Positions 1 to 10,800 of a stretch of 45,900 nt of DNA are shown here, in pieces (positions within the stretch are counted from its first letter, which is position 1; every line of letters begins with the position of its first letter). The notes under the pieces are model-generated. The model was not told where the DNA came from. It saw only the letters and a program-made list of their open reading frames with translations, and ran no database searches. The DNA is from Octopus bimaculoides (taxonomy: Eukaryota). A program made the translations under genes and the position numbers. The stretch is from assembly GCF_001194135.2 (NCBI RefSeq), contig NC_068982.1, positions 144,894,966 through 144,940,865 of the forward strand, written 5' to 3'.

Positions 1-9
1 GTATATATG

Positions 10-44
<35 letters not shown>

Positions 45-249
45 ATGTGTTTGTCCCCCCCAACATCACTTGACAACCGATGCTGGTGTGTTTACATCCC
101 CGTAACTTAGCGGTTTGGCAAAAGAGACTGATAGAATAAGTACTAGGCTTCCAAAGAATAAGTCCTGGGGTCGATTTGCTCGACTAAAGGCAGTGCTCCA
201 GCATGGCCACAGTCAAAAGACTGAAACAAATAAAAGAGTAAGAATAAGA

Positions 250-250
<1 letters not shown>
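45..250 (+). mobile_element. 3' half of tRNA-derived SINE family A
   Basis: Matches the 3' half of full copies at 4482, 13113 and 22469 (tgtttgtcccc..cttgacaaccgatgctggtgtgtt..gactgaaaca..aaaaga); followed by (TA)n at 251-281. Confidence 0.85.
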
Positions 251-285
<35 letters not shown>

Positions 286-1059
286 CAGCGGTAGTAGTAG
301 TAGTAGTGACAATAATAATAATAATCTTCCTATCTCAATAACAAGTAAGGGTATAAGTGAACTATAACACCATCTTATTTGTTTTTTATTTTTAAAAAAA
401 TTATTTTTAGGTGGTAAACAGAGAAGGAATCACAGTACCGATGTTTCCAAGACTGCTGGGGAAAACAAATGAAGAAATTACATGCTCATAAGATGGTAGA
501 CTTGGTTTGAATTCTTGCTCCAGAGTCGACTCTGCTAAAGGCACTTCAAGGCCAAGTAGTCATATCAAAGTGGGCAGCGGATTAGTCTATCACCCAAGGA
601 TATAGAAAAAAATAGGTGTATGCTTGCAGGACCAAACAATTGTTAGAATAAGGGGCCAACATTTTTGGATAATGTAAGTCCACTGTGTTTTAGTTTACAT
701 TTACGGAAGAATTGAACTGATGCTGAAGCAATCCTGAATTTTGTCTGTAGAAGGATCTGAATGAAGACCAATGTAAGATATCAGAAAACAAGTGAAATAT
801 CAAGTACTTATGTAAAAAAAATTAGGGATTTGAATGATAGAAAACACACAAGAGAACTGACTACCTCAGTCTAAGCTTTGTAGATCTTAACTGGACATCC
901 TCTATTATGAGACCTCTTTAATGCTTTCAGATCGGGCTTATTTAAATCTTCATTCTTTTACTGGTTCCAGTCAATTATTTTTGTAGTTATCTCAATTCGA
1001 ATATATAGTTTGGTACTCATTTTATTGGTCAATGTTTATCAAATGGTTGAATTTACATT

Positions 1060-2034
1060 AATTTACATCTCTTTTTGTGGATGACATGGATTTTATATGC
1101 TGAATCTGTTTGGAGAAATTCGAAACATGGAAGCAAAGCCTAGCATCAAAAGGCCTTAAAATAAACCTAGCAAAGACAAAAGTCTTAGTCAGCAGGAAAG
1201 ACATCTCAACTTTACAACCATCAGGGAAGTGGCCATGTGCTATATGCAAAATAAAGGATTAAGTAGTAATTAAGTACTTTGTATCAAATGTAAACTATGG
1301 GTGCACAAAAGATAGAGTGGAATTACATGCAGGTTGAGAGGAAAGAAAATTCATATGTTGCAAATGTATCAGAGCATCCATGAAGTACATTCTTTCAAAT
1401 GTTTGGAAGGCTTCTTAGATCTCGTTGATAGCTTCTGTTACCAAGGTGACCTAATTAACAGAGGTAGGAATGGCGTGAACAAAGTTCAAAGATCTAATAC
1501 CTCTATAACAAGGGGATTCTGTCGCCAAGTGAAGAGTAAATTATATGATGCTTACAAATAAAGTACTATGCTGCATAGTAGCAAAACATGGGTGCTGAAT
1601 GCAGAGGCTATGTGAAGGCTGGCAAAAAAAAAACGAAATGGTCATGCTCTGTAGGAGGTGTAATGTTTATGTGCATAAATGGTGGAGCTGAAATGGGCTG
1701 AGAAAAAAAACTAGGTGATGTGAGAAAAATCAAAGGTAGTAAATAAGAGAGAAGTCTCCGCAGGTACAAACATGTGATGCATATGAAGGATAACAAATGG
1801 ATAAAAAATGCCAGGTGATCAAAATGGAAGGAATAAAACGCTGGATAAAACTGAGAAAGTGGTGAAAGCTGATCACAAGAGGTTGAACCTTAGAAAGGGA
1901 ATCACGAGAGGTTGAACCTTAGAAAGGAGATCACGAGGGATTGGAACAAATGACAAGATGCAGTACTAGTAGAGAGACATCCAATCCACAGAAGCATAGG
2001 AAAATAAACATAGAAATGACGATGATGATGATGG
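1060..2034 (+). mobile_element. Decayed RTE-clade LINE, 3' part of ORF with (GAT)n tail
   Basis: Frameshifted translation gives KFETWKQSLASKGLKINLAKTKVLVS, GKWPCAIC (Cys-rich insert), DSFCYQGDLI, VKSKLYDAY, TMLHSSKTW; ends in catccaatcca...aaatgac(gat)n; 30-bp internal tandem duplication near 1880-1940. Confidence 0.85.
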
Positions 2035-2251
2035 TATGGAGTGATTTGGGAGATTTGGTTGCAGAAGTATCAGGACTGGATTTATATATCAGGTATAGTA
2101 GATACATTGGGCCTACAACAATTTTGAAATCAAAAATCTACTGGTTCATACATATTTTCTTTAAAAGGCCAATGGACCAAAAATGTAAGCACAAAAAGCA
2201 TGAATTTATTATTTTTTGTTAAAATTTTTATCTCATTAATTTATGAATATA

Positions 2252-2253
<2 letters not shown>

Positions 2254-2290
<37 letters not shown>
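2254..2290. repeat. (TG)n microsatellite
   Basis: Direct reading. Confidence 0.95.
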
Positions 2291-2293
<3 letters not shown>

Positions 2294-2872
2294 CTTTCGA
2301 AGGTGCTGATTTCCCTTGTCTTCAGTTTCTTATGTGTAAGCATTTGTTCAAGAAAATGCTGAATAACAACCAATGACTCCTCCAGTTCAAATGAATAAAT
2401 AAATAAACTCTTCTGCATACAATGAGCATTCTTTCTCCTGCTTTTACAGTCAGTCTATCATAAACTTGTATATAGAAACACTCACATGTCTGCACACGCA
2501 CATACTTCTGAATTTGAGAACTTTAGAACAAAAGGTTGCTGGCTCTTGCAGAATAGTGTCTGTCATGCAGTTTCAGCAATTGATTGAATCTAATTCACTT
2601 CTTTTCCTAGTAATAACTTTAAAAAATACTCCCATTTTCTTTCTTGTAATCTTGTAACATATACTTTGTGTGTGTGTATACATTCCGTAGGGAATGCTCA
2701 ACTGGTGTTTTCAGGTGATTACAGTCCCTGTCAGTACATATGTATACAATTGTGCTTTAACTACAATGTTAGAGCTTTTTAGCTCTTACTTCTAGCAATG
2801 CAAGTGTTCTAACACCCTTGTCATATTTAGTGACAATTATAGTTTTCCTTTTTGGTAAAACATTGCATACAG

Positions 2873-2875
<3 letters not shown>

Positions 2876-2915
<40 letters not shown>

Positions 2916-2945
2916 TCTGTATATATATATATATATATATATATA
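2876..2945. repeat. (CT)n(AT)n compound microsatellite abutting gap 2946-3050
   Basis: Direct reading. Confidence 0.95.
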
Positions 2946-3050
2946 NNNNNNNNNNNNNNNNNNNNNNNNNNNNNNNNNNNNNNNNNNNNNNNNNNNNNNN
3001 NNNNNNNNNNNNNNNNNNNNNNNNNNNNNNNNNNNNNNNNNNNNNNNNNN

Positions 3051-3271
3051 ACCTGTGCAAGTGCCATGTAAAAAGGAACCCATTCCAGTGCCACATAGAA
3101 ATGCACTGATGCCGGTGCCACATAAAAAGCACCCAGTACACTCTGTTAAGTGGTTGGCATCCAGCCATAGAAATCATACCAGTATAAACGACTGGAGCCT
3201 GATGCAGCCCTCCAGCTGTCCAGCTCCTGTCAAACCATCCAACCCATGCCAGCATGGAAAACAGATGTTAA

Positions 3272-3318
<47 letters not shown>
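3051..3318 (+). mobile_element. 3' part of a SINE with RTE-type tail and (GAT)n end
   Basis: Three internal gtgcca(t/c)..aaa..gcacc units (3061, 3089, 3115); tail catccaacccatgccagcatggaaaacagatgttaaat(gat)n resembles the RTE LINE tail at 1978-2034. Confidence 0.7.
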
Positions 3319-3319
<1 letters not shown>

Positions 3320-3329
3320 GTTATAAAAT

Positions 3330-3760
3330 AGACATTACTAATGCTCCTTGGAGAGAAGTCTTTGTCAGCTCTTATTTCATGCCTCTCCTCAAGTTCATTA
3401 GCTATACTGATGTTATTGTTTCTGTGCTCACAAACTGGAGTAAGGTAGTTACTGACTTGTGCTTTGCATGATATCACTACTGATTTCAGACCATGGCCAC
3501 CATCATTGCATAGGAAATATAGCCTATTTACCTCTTCATTGATGTTGAAGTTTCTTGTAACACTGTGTAGCTTGCAAGTTCAGCGACTGTTTAGAAGGCC
3601 AAATGTAAGCATGAGGATAAGCACTGCAATGGTGTAGGCAATATGCTTGTTGTAAGCTGAGAGTTCAACACATATGTATGTATTAGTGACAAAAGCAATA
3701 TTGATACCTAGGTAATATCTATTCCACTTAAATTTGGATGATCTATTAGAACAAACTCAT
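3330..3760 (-). mobile_element. Old R4/Dong-like LINE fragment (post-RT region)
   Basis: Minus strand reads AYNKHIAYTIAVLILMLTFGLL then NFNINEEVNRLYFLCNDGGHGLKSV, matching the 'D/N-RLY..R..GGRGL' motif also seen at 25980-26050. Confidence 0.6.
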
Positions 3761-3865
3761 TGTTCATCATTGACAACATCAAGGAAGGTTGAAATCACAT
3801 GATCTGGTCAAAATCATATGATCTGGTTGAAATTACTTGATCTGCTACAACAAGACGTATCCATC

Positions 3866-4051
3866 CCAAATATTCTACCTGTTTTACATTCAAACTGGCC
3901 ATATCTAGCCTTTCACACCTAACCTACACTGACATTCTAAAATTAAACAATCTCATTGTCAAAACCTCAAAGCTATACCTTAATGCATTATTCAAAACAA
4001 TTCGTATAAAAAAGCATATTTAACAGAGTAATGTGAATTCTTGAGGGTTAA
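3866..4051 (+). mobile_element. Possible right half of a TTAA-flanked (piggyBac-type) MITE
   Basis: Ends in gaggg+TTAA; resemblance to a recalled common octopus repeat; left end not found. Confidence 0.3.
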
Positions 4052-4084
4052 GCTAATTCTCTTAATAATCAGTTGTTTTATAAC

Positions 4085-5150
4085 TCTATTCCTGTGATAA
4101 TGTGGTCCATCAATTTGCTGCCTTTGTAGTTGCTTCTTTTTGCAGGATCTCTGCCAGTGTAGTTGTTATCAATGATACTTCTGTTCCAGTTATGGAGATG
4201 ACAACTTGTATTACCAAATTGAATGTGTATGTCCTACTTTGTTGCATATTTTGAACATCTCAACAATTATCCCTGTTAATCCATCTGCTTTCCCTACCTC
4301 CATAACTTTAATCATACTTTCAACTATATAACTATAAACAACTGGTCCCTCAGTTCGGCCTATATGAATAGACCCTCTCCTGTGTATTCGGCTCATTCAG
4401 CAACTTCTTGTAGTAATATGTCCAAGCCTCTTGCTTCTTGGCATCAGTGAAATCAAGAATATTGTTAACATTCCATATATAGGCGCAGGAGTGGCTGTGT
4501 GGTAAGTAGCTTGCTTACCAACCACATGGTTCCGGGTTCAGTCCCACTGCATGGCACTTTGGGCAAGTGTCTTCTACTATAGCCTCAGGCTGACCAAAGC
4601 CTTGTGAGTGGATTTGGTAGACGGAAACTGAAAGAAGCCCGTCATATATATATGTATATGTATATATATGTGTGTGTGCTTGTGTGTCTGTGTTTGTCCC
4701 CCTACCATCGCTTGACAACCGATGCTGGTGTGTTTATGTCCCCGTAACTTAGCGGTTTGGCAAAAGAGACCGATAGAATAAGTGCTAGGTTTGGGGTCAA
4801 TTTGCTCAACTAAAGGCGGTGCTCCAGTATGGCTGCAGTCAAATGACTGAAACAAGTAAAAGAGTAAAAGAGTATGCATTTTCCTTTAATGTCTTGATTC
4901 ACACTAACACACTACTTTGCTAGTTAGAACACATCATATGCCTGAACATGTTTTTCTTCAGTCTGCCTGATATTATTCCTACTCTCCCTCCCACTTCCCT
5001 TCCAGTCTTTCCAAGCTTCTCTTTTAACTTTTGTGGCTTTATCCACCATAGCAATCCACCACTATGTTGTCTTCCATGGCTGAAACCTTGTTCCATCCTC
5101 TTATCTGGCTTGTGGCCTGCAGCAGGTTGTCTCTTAGACATTCCCAGTTG
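4085..5150 (-). mobile_element. Decayed RTE-clade LINE fragment interrupted by a SINE
   Basis: Minus translation: WWIAMVDKATKVKREAWKDWK (about 5000-5060), then after the SINE DAKKQEAW..KKLLNE, EGPVV..MIKVMEVGKADGLTGIIVEMFK, WNRSII..SNYKGSKLMD. Confidence 0.8.
4482..4872 (+). mobile_element. Full-length SINE family A with internal (TA)/(TG) tract
   Basis: Pol III A-box-like TGGCTGTGTGG (4492-4502), B-box-like GGTTCAGTCCC (4535-4545), CORE-like ttgggcaagtgtctt, A-rich aaaagagt tail. Confidence 0.9.
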
Positions 5151-5976
5151 CCCTATAAAAATCTGTAGTTATATTTTGTAATACAGTTTAACACTGAAAT
5201 GAGAAACTATTAACGTGCCAGTCATTCATTAATTGAACTAACTGGTAAGAATGTGTTTAGATGAACATTGATTCATCCAATTTATTTATGCTGTTGGTAA
5301 TAATGGATTTATAAATTGTGTATCCGTGAACAATAGAGTAGGGTATTCAGAAATGATGATAACTCAACACAGGGTAGAAACTTTGCCTGGTTGATTCTTT
5401 GTTTCTGTCTATGATATTGTATATAAAGACCAGGTGTTTACATTTGCCTATTACATACATTGTTTGATAAAATCTATAAATACTGTTGTACAGTATAGCA
5501 TTAAATCAAAACACTGTGAACATAGTAATTCATTTTATAAGTTTCTAACTCCTTCTTGCCATAGGTGCCATCCAATACTTCTTGGAGCCTATGTATGGCT
5601 GAGAGAGATTTTAGTTTTTATATCTCCTCTCTTCCTATGACCATCACATTGAAGCATGTAGTCTACGAAGAAAAAAAAACAAAGGATAAGAAAAAAGATA
5701 ACTGGAATGGTCATGGCTGGAATGCTTTTGATCATAACTCTATATATCTAGGCCTTGCAACAACTAGATCAGCTATACATTTTCCCTATTCAATCCTCAT
5801 TTGGAGCTAACTGACAGCTACCACTGATTAAAATTTAACTATATATTGAACTGAAGATTTAAAATATTTTTTATCATGTAAAAGTTTTACATTATTTTTA
5901 TGTAATCAATATAATGATTATGTGACAACTTTAGGGTGTTCTGGGCTTTACTGCTTGAAGCAATTTTTTCAAAATA

Positions 5977-6204
5977 TTGGGTTGTCCGGAAAGTTTGTGC
6001 TGATTTATAGTAGCTTACCTTTCAACTTATTTGCCATGAAACCACCTCAATTCTGGGAAGAGGGTATTTTCAAGTTAAAGGAAAGATGGAGACACATTGT
6101 GCAACAAAATGGTTCATATTTGGTTGATTAAAAATGTAATGGCAAGTATTTATTGACCTTTTTCTTTCTTTTAAAAATCGGCACGAACTTTCCGGACAAC
6201 CCAA
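5977..6204 (+). mobile_element. 228-bp mariner deletion derivative (MITE) with both TIRs
   Basis: TIRs ttgggttgtccggaaagtt(t)gtgc(t)gattt / aaatcggcacgaactttccggacaacccaa; TA at 5975-5976 and 6205-6206; retains transposase C-terminus MKPPQFWEEGIFKLKERWRHIVQQNGSYLVD*. Confidence 0.92.
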
Positions 6205-6207
6205 TAT

Positions 6208-6720
6208 ATTGTTGACAATCTGGTTCATTCTGTTTTTGTGCATGCACTAAAAATCTGAGCCATGCACAAAGAAATTTCAATGCAACTGCGACTTTCTAGT
6301 AGTGACCATCCAGACCCTTACCTCTCAACCCTGAACTCTAACCCTAAATTCTAAACCCAACCCTCGAAGTGTTCACTTTAAATCCTAACTCCCAACTCTA
6401 TAACCTAATCCTAAACTTAAACCTAAATTCTATTCATTGACTTTAAAACCTAACCCTGAACCTAATTCTAATCTAAATCCCAAATCCTAAGCCATAACTC
6501 TGACTATAAATCCTAACCATAAGCCCTAATCCTAAACTTCACCCTAATCCTAACTTTTAATCCTACTCCTAACATCTAAACGTATTTCTGACTTAAACCC
6601 TAATTGTAATTGACCCTAAAAAAAAAATTGTATCATAAACCATGCCAAATTATATTAAATATTACTACATACTCTGTAATGCATGTGCAAAAAACCAAAA
6701 TGAGTTGGACTGTCTACAAT
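6208..6720. mobile_element. Unclassified element with imperfect ~40-bp inverted ends around degenerate (CCCTAA)n-like repeats
   Basis: attgttgacaatc..cattctgtttttgtgcatgca (6208-6246) vs reverse complement of 6679-6720; about 300 bp of ccctaa/tcctaa/ctctaa variants at 6320-6620. Confidence 0.6.
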
Positions 6721-6789
6721 TTATTTTCGTAAATTTCTTTTCCTGTTTGTAAAGTCTAGCACTTCCTAATTTTGACAGCAGAGCAACTG

Positions 6790-6990
6790 TTAGTTGTTAT
6801 TAAGCCTCAGTTCAACCCCTGATCAAGTAGACCATTGTTTTTTTCCCCAGACACAATGTATCTAAGACAGCATTTTCCACTGTTTTCTCTTTGGGTACAA
6901 TATGAGGGAGATTTGGGCGTTATCTCTCTTTGGGTACAATATGAAGGAGATTTGGACGTTATTTCTAGCAAACCAAATGACAACGAAGGA
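6790..6990 (-). mobile_element. Dispersed repeat family C ((AAC)-ending); related pieces near 5700, 12580, 15460, 29830 and 32240-32490
   Basis: Shared motifs gctagaaatagcag, ggctggaatgcttttgatc and gatcag.gctga.ctg.ggctaaacaac; ~40-bp tandem duplication at 6883-6962. Confidence 0.45.
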
Positions 6991-8288
6991 GCTATAAGCG
7001 AGTCCCTTCCGTGAGCTGAAAAGTAGAACACTGCTCTTCTTGTGTATCTCCTCTCAATTCGATCACTGGTTATGTCCCTTTATGTTATATGTTCAAATCT
7101 CATAACGGTTGACTTCACCCATTTAAAGACGATAAAGTGAGTAGTTATCATGTACTGAAATCATGTAATCGGCTATACTGAACCCACTTTATATTTTGTA
7201 GCCTTGTACTGAATTTAAGAATCAATATTGTAATTCTTGTAAGGCGCACAATAACAGAGCAGTTCGCCAGAAAAAAAAATGCTTTGTTTAATGCTTGGAG
7301 TGTTTTTGCACAATCAAGTGGTTCATTGTTTGATATGATTACATTCTAAATATGTCAGTGATTCAGAGAGGAATAGTGTGATAAGTAATATCTCATTTTT
7401 CCATTTCCAACTCTGAAATGTCTTAGTAATCAGTTCAAACTTACAGGGGTAGGAAAAAAAAATTTAAATTACACAGTTATTTCCCTTGCATTTTCAAGGG
7501 AAATAACTCCTTCTAAAAAATATTTCGTGGATGTAACGTTAAATCATTTAATAGTGAGGGCATTTTAACTCAGTGTTTCTTAGGGAGAGGTAAGTGATGG
7601 CGACTCCATTGGGGTATCTGTGAGCATAGAAATGAGGGTGGAAAAACTGCCATGTTTAAAGCTTTCAGCTTCTTAAATTTGTCAAACACTATGGTCAAGA
7701 AAGGAATGTGAATTAATATCTGATGAATAAATTAGGAAGCGGTACCAAAAATGGTACTAAAATTTTGTGAGCGGGTGGGTCTGATATTTGTCTGTGAAAA
7801 CCACCAAGTAATCTCATTGGTTTGTAAGGTCTTTACAGAATACTTACACGGTTTTCACATAGTTTCTCTGGAGTCAAGTCATTTTAGTTTCATCAGTCTT
7901 TTTCCAAGCTATACCCCAAAGAAAGTTAAAAATCTTCAAATCACGCGTAAGTCCGAGGTGTTGATGTTGAAGTCATTCTGCTGGAACTAGAACACATGGG
8001 AATAGTGTCTACATACAGGGATGACATTCGTGTCATACAGTCGGACACTTCAGACATCGGGGTGGTTGGCACTATATAAAAGAAATACAAGTAATTAAGA
8101 AGAATGTATATTACTCAGAATGAATCGGTGAGCTTAACAGTGATGAGTTGTACTGAGTGGAAAGTACATATTATTTTATCGATCACAGATGGAAGGTAGG
8201 CAAAGTATACACCAGTGGCATTTGAATAGAAACAGGTAAGTAAATGCGAGAAGGAGTATACACGAAGTATACAACTATCATACATTTC

Positions 8289-8440
8289 GGCGCAGGCATG
8301 GCTGCATGGTTAATGAAATTGCCTCGCAATCATTTGGCCTTGGATTCAGTCTCGCTGCGCAGTATCTTCAGAAAATGTCTTCTCCTATAATCTTTGGTCG
8401 GTCAATACCTTGTGAGCGGATGTGGTATACGAAAACATCA
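8289..8440 (+). mobile_element. Old degenerate SINE-A head
   Basis: ggcgcaggcatggctgcatggtt..ggattcagtctcgctgcg..aatgtcttctcctata..ccttgtgagcggat. Confidence 0.65.
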
Positions 8441-8629
8441 GGCGCTGACAGCAAACAGTGCCTGATGAGCGTACTTATGTACATGAAACTATTACTAGCG
8501 CATATAATGCATGTAGTATGAAACATTCATAGTAATTTATATATATATACTTTGTTCGTTTTATGTTTCACAGGACAGCTTGTTATCATAAGCTCTTTGA
8601 AAACATATTTTGTTGTAAGTCCATTACAC

Positions 8630-8945
8630 TATATGGTGCACTGCATATAGGTACACTGCGGCATAATTTCTTTTACTCAATAGGCCCTGCCCTATTTAAC
8701 ATTGTCCCGAAACAGATAAAAGAGGAAAAGGATCCTATCAGCTTTAAACGGAGTCTAGACAGATTTCTTCAAGGAATACCAGATAAGCCACCTATACCTG
8801 GATACACCTCACTCAATAGGAACTCACTACTTGAATGAACCATAAACAAAACTTGACTTAAAAAGGATTTACATAATCCTATCAGGTGGTGCTATTTAGT
8901 TAGACATGGCCTGGACCAATCTTTGGTCGAAACATCTCTAAGTTT
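8630..8945 (+). mobile_element. 3' end of a CR1-group LINE
   Basis: GTLRHNFFYSIGPALFNIVPKQIK..FKRSLDRFLQGIPDKPPIPGYTSLNRNSLLE; 3' UTR hairpin gacca-atctt-tggtc at 8914-8928. Confidence 0.75.
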
Positions 8946-9269
8946 ATGGTTGTTTGAGACGTATTTTATCACTGGTTACTATCCACTCTCTTGAAAGTAA
9001 CTCCTTATACCCACAAAACTCTACTCCCTAAAAACAGGATCAGTCTCTCTATTGGACTTCTCTACAGTTTCCATGCACCCAATTATACTTTGGTCGATTC
9101 GAGACAATGATATAATTCTCTTGCCTAGCGTAGGGCTCGGTGGGTCATATCCGAAACCACATAGCTGTGAACTGGATCGCTTGAACACGGATCCACACAT
9201 TGAAAGAAGTGGGTACTACCAAGAAAAACCCTATATTTTCTAATTCTTTTATAGGTTTAAGTCACTTAC

Positions 9270-9790
9270 GTTCATGTTAGGGCATCGCCTTCAATGGCTT
9301 TCGTTCATTAGATTGAGCCTGGCACTTATTTTAGCCTGGAATTTATTTTATCGTCCTCTAATCATCGAACGGCTAAGTTTTACGTTTGGTGTAAAGAGTG
9401 CAATTCAGCGCACCATTTTACGNNNNNNNNNNNNNNNNNNNNNNNNNNNNNNNNNNNNNNNNNNNNNNNNNNNNNNNNNNNNNNNNNNNNNNNNNNNNNN
9501 NNNNNNNNNNNNNNNNNNNNNNNNNNNNNNNNNNNNNNNNNNNNNNNNNNNNNNNNNNNNNNNNNNNNNNNNNNNNNNNNNNNNNNNNNNNNNNNNNNNN
9601 NNNNNCACACACACACGCACACACACACACACACGCACACGCACACACAGAGGCCTCTGCAAAGTGTCATTCTAATAAATTTCTCTCGGAACGTAGTTGT
9701 CAAATAGAGGCTACAGTAGAAAACCCTTGCGCATGCTGTGGGATTGAACCCGAAAACAAGTGAAGCAGAATGCTTAACCACATAGTTATA
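9270..9790 (-). mobile_element. Degenerate SINE-A spanning gap 9423-9605
   Basis: Tail-like sequence left of the gap; (CA)n and head-like tgggattgaacccg..gcttaaccac right of the gap. Confidence 0.55.
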
Positions 9791-10123
9791 TACACGCCAG
9801 TGACATCTCTCAACCTCTCTCTCGTAACCTTTCTCTTTCTATCTTTGATGTTGCTTTTGTCGGTTTACGGCTGCTTTCATACCCATACAATCGCAACCAT
9901 TCATGAATCTCTTTGAAGACATATCTGTACATTATCTTGAACGCTGTTTGGAAAAGGTTTTATCTTTTTAAACGTTGTTAGCTTTTGAAAATCATTGCCA
10001 ACATTCTTTCATGGACCTGAATCTACTTCTCTTCAACTAGTGCAGCTCGAATTGGAAGTGGTCTCTGCAATGAATGGCTAAAAGATGCTGGGAATTCCAA
10101 GTAAACATTTATGAGTAATATTA

Positions 10124-10336
10124 GTTTCAAAGTTTGGCTCAAGGCCAGAAATATCGAGGGAGGATGTAAGTTGATGATATCGACTCCAGTGCTCAACTGG
10201 TACTTATTTTATCGACCTCGCAAGATAAAAGGCAAAGTTGACCCAGATGATATTTGAACTCAGAACGTTAAGTTGAAAGAAATGTTGCTAAGCATTTTTT
10301 CCAGTGCAGTAATGATTCTGCCAGCTCACCGCCTTA
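10124..10336 (-). mobile_element. tRNA-derived SINE family B
   Basis: Reverse complement starts aaggcggtgagctggcagaatc, contains ctgagttcaaat, and aligns with copies at 29240 and 39417. Confidence 0.8.
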
Positions 10337-10349
10337 TTCATGAGTAATA

Positions 10350-10800
10350 CGAGGGTCAGTGGAAAAGTTCATTGGCTGACTAAGATACTTTCATGGAATG
10401 TGACCAAACGAAGTTTACTTTGCAACGTAATTCCCCTTGTGGTCCATAATTCCCCTTGTGGTCCATAATTCCCCTTGTGGTCTATAATTCCCCTTGTGGT
10501 CCATAATTCCTCTTGTGGGACTCAAACACAGTGTTGCAGTGTTTGGGTCCCATTGGTATAAAAGCTTTCATCCTGTTAGTAAAAAAAGTCATCAACAGCA
10601 GATATGACGTCACCATCACTGTGGTTCTGGTTCCCAGCCAAATGTTTTTTCATGTTGGGGAACAGATAATAGTCAGATGGAGCCAAATCAGGAGAATAGG
10701 GAGGGTGATCAACCACTTAAAAGCCACAATCACGCACAGCAGCTATTGAAACCTATGACTTGTATACTAGAGCATTGTCCTGATGAAATAAAACCTCTTT
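10350..10800 (-). mobile_element. Mariner (DD34D) remnant: transposase C-terminus plus one TIR
   Basis: Minus translation VLFHQDNA..VVDHPPYSPDLAPSDYYLFPNMKKHLAG with 34 residues between the catalytic Ds and several stops; TA+cgagggtcag TIR at 10348. Confidence 0.9.
10428..10518. repeat. 19-bp tandem repeat (taattccccttgtggtcca) about 4.8 copies
   Basis: Units start at 10428, 10447, 10466, 10485 and 10504. Confidence 0.95.

Noticed and set aside
4482-4560. tRNA-like heads (also at 13113, 22469, 32071, 39417)
   Set aside because: A/B boxes are present but continue into SINE bodies; no full cloverleaf seen, so not tRNA genes
7751-8060. 79-aa ORF and GTAAGT donors on both strands
   Set aside because: No recognisable protein and no consistent open exon
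10428-10518. CRISPR-like short direct repeats
   Set aside because: No spacers; eukaryotic context; derived from mariner coding sequence
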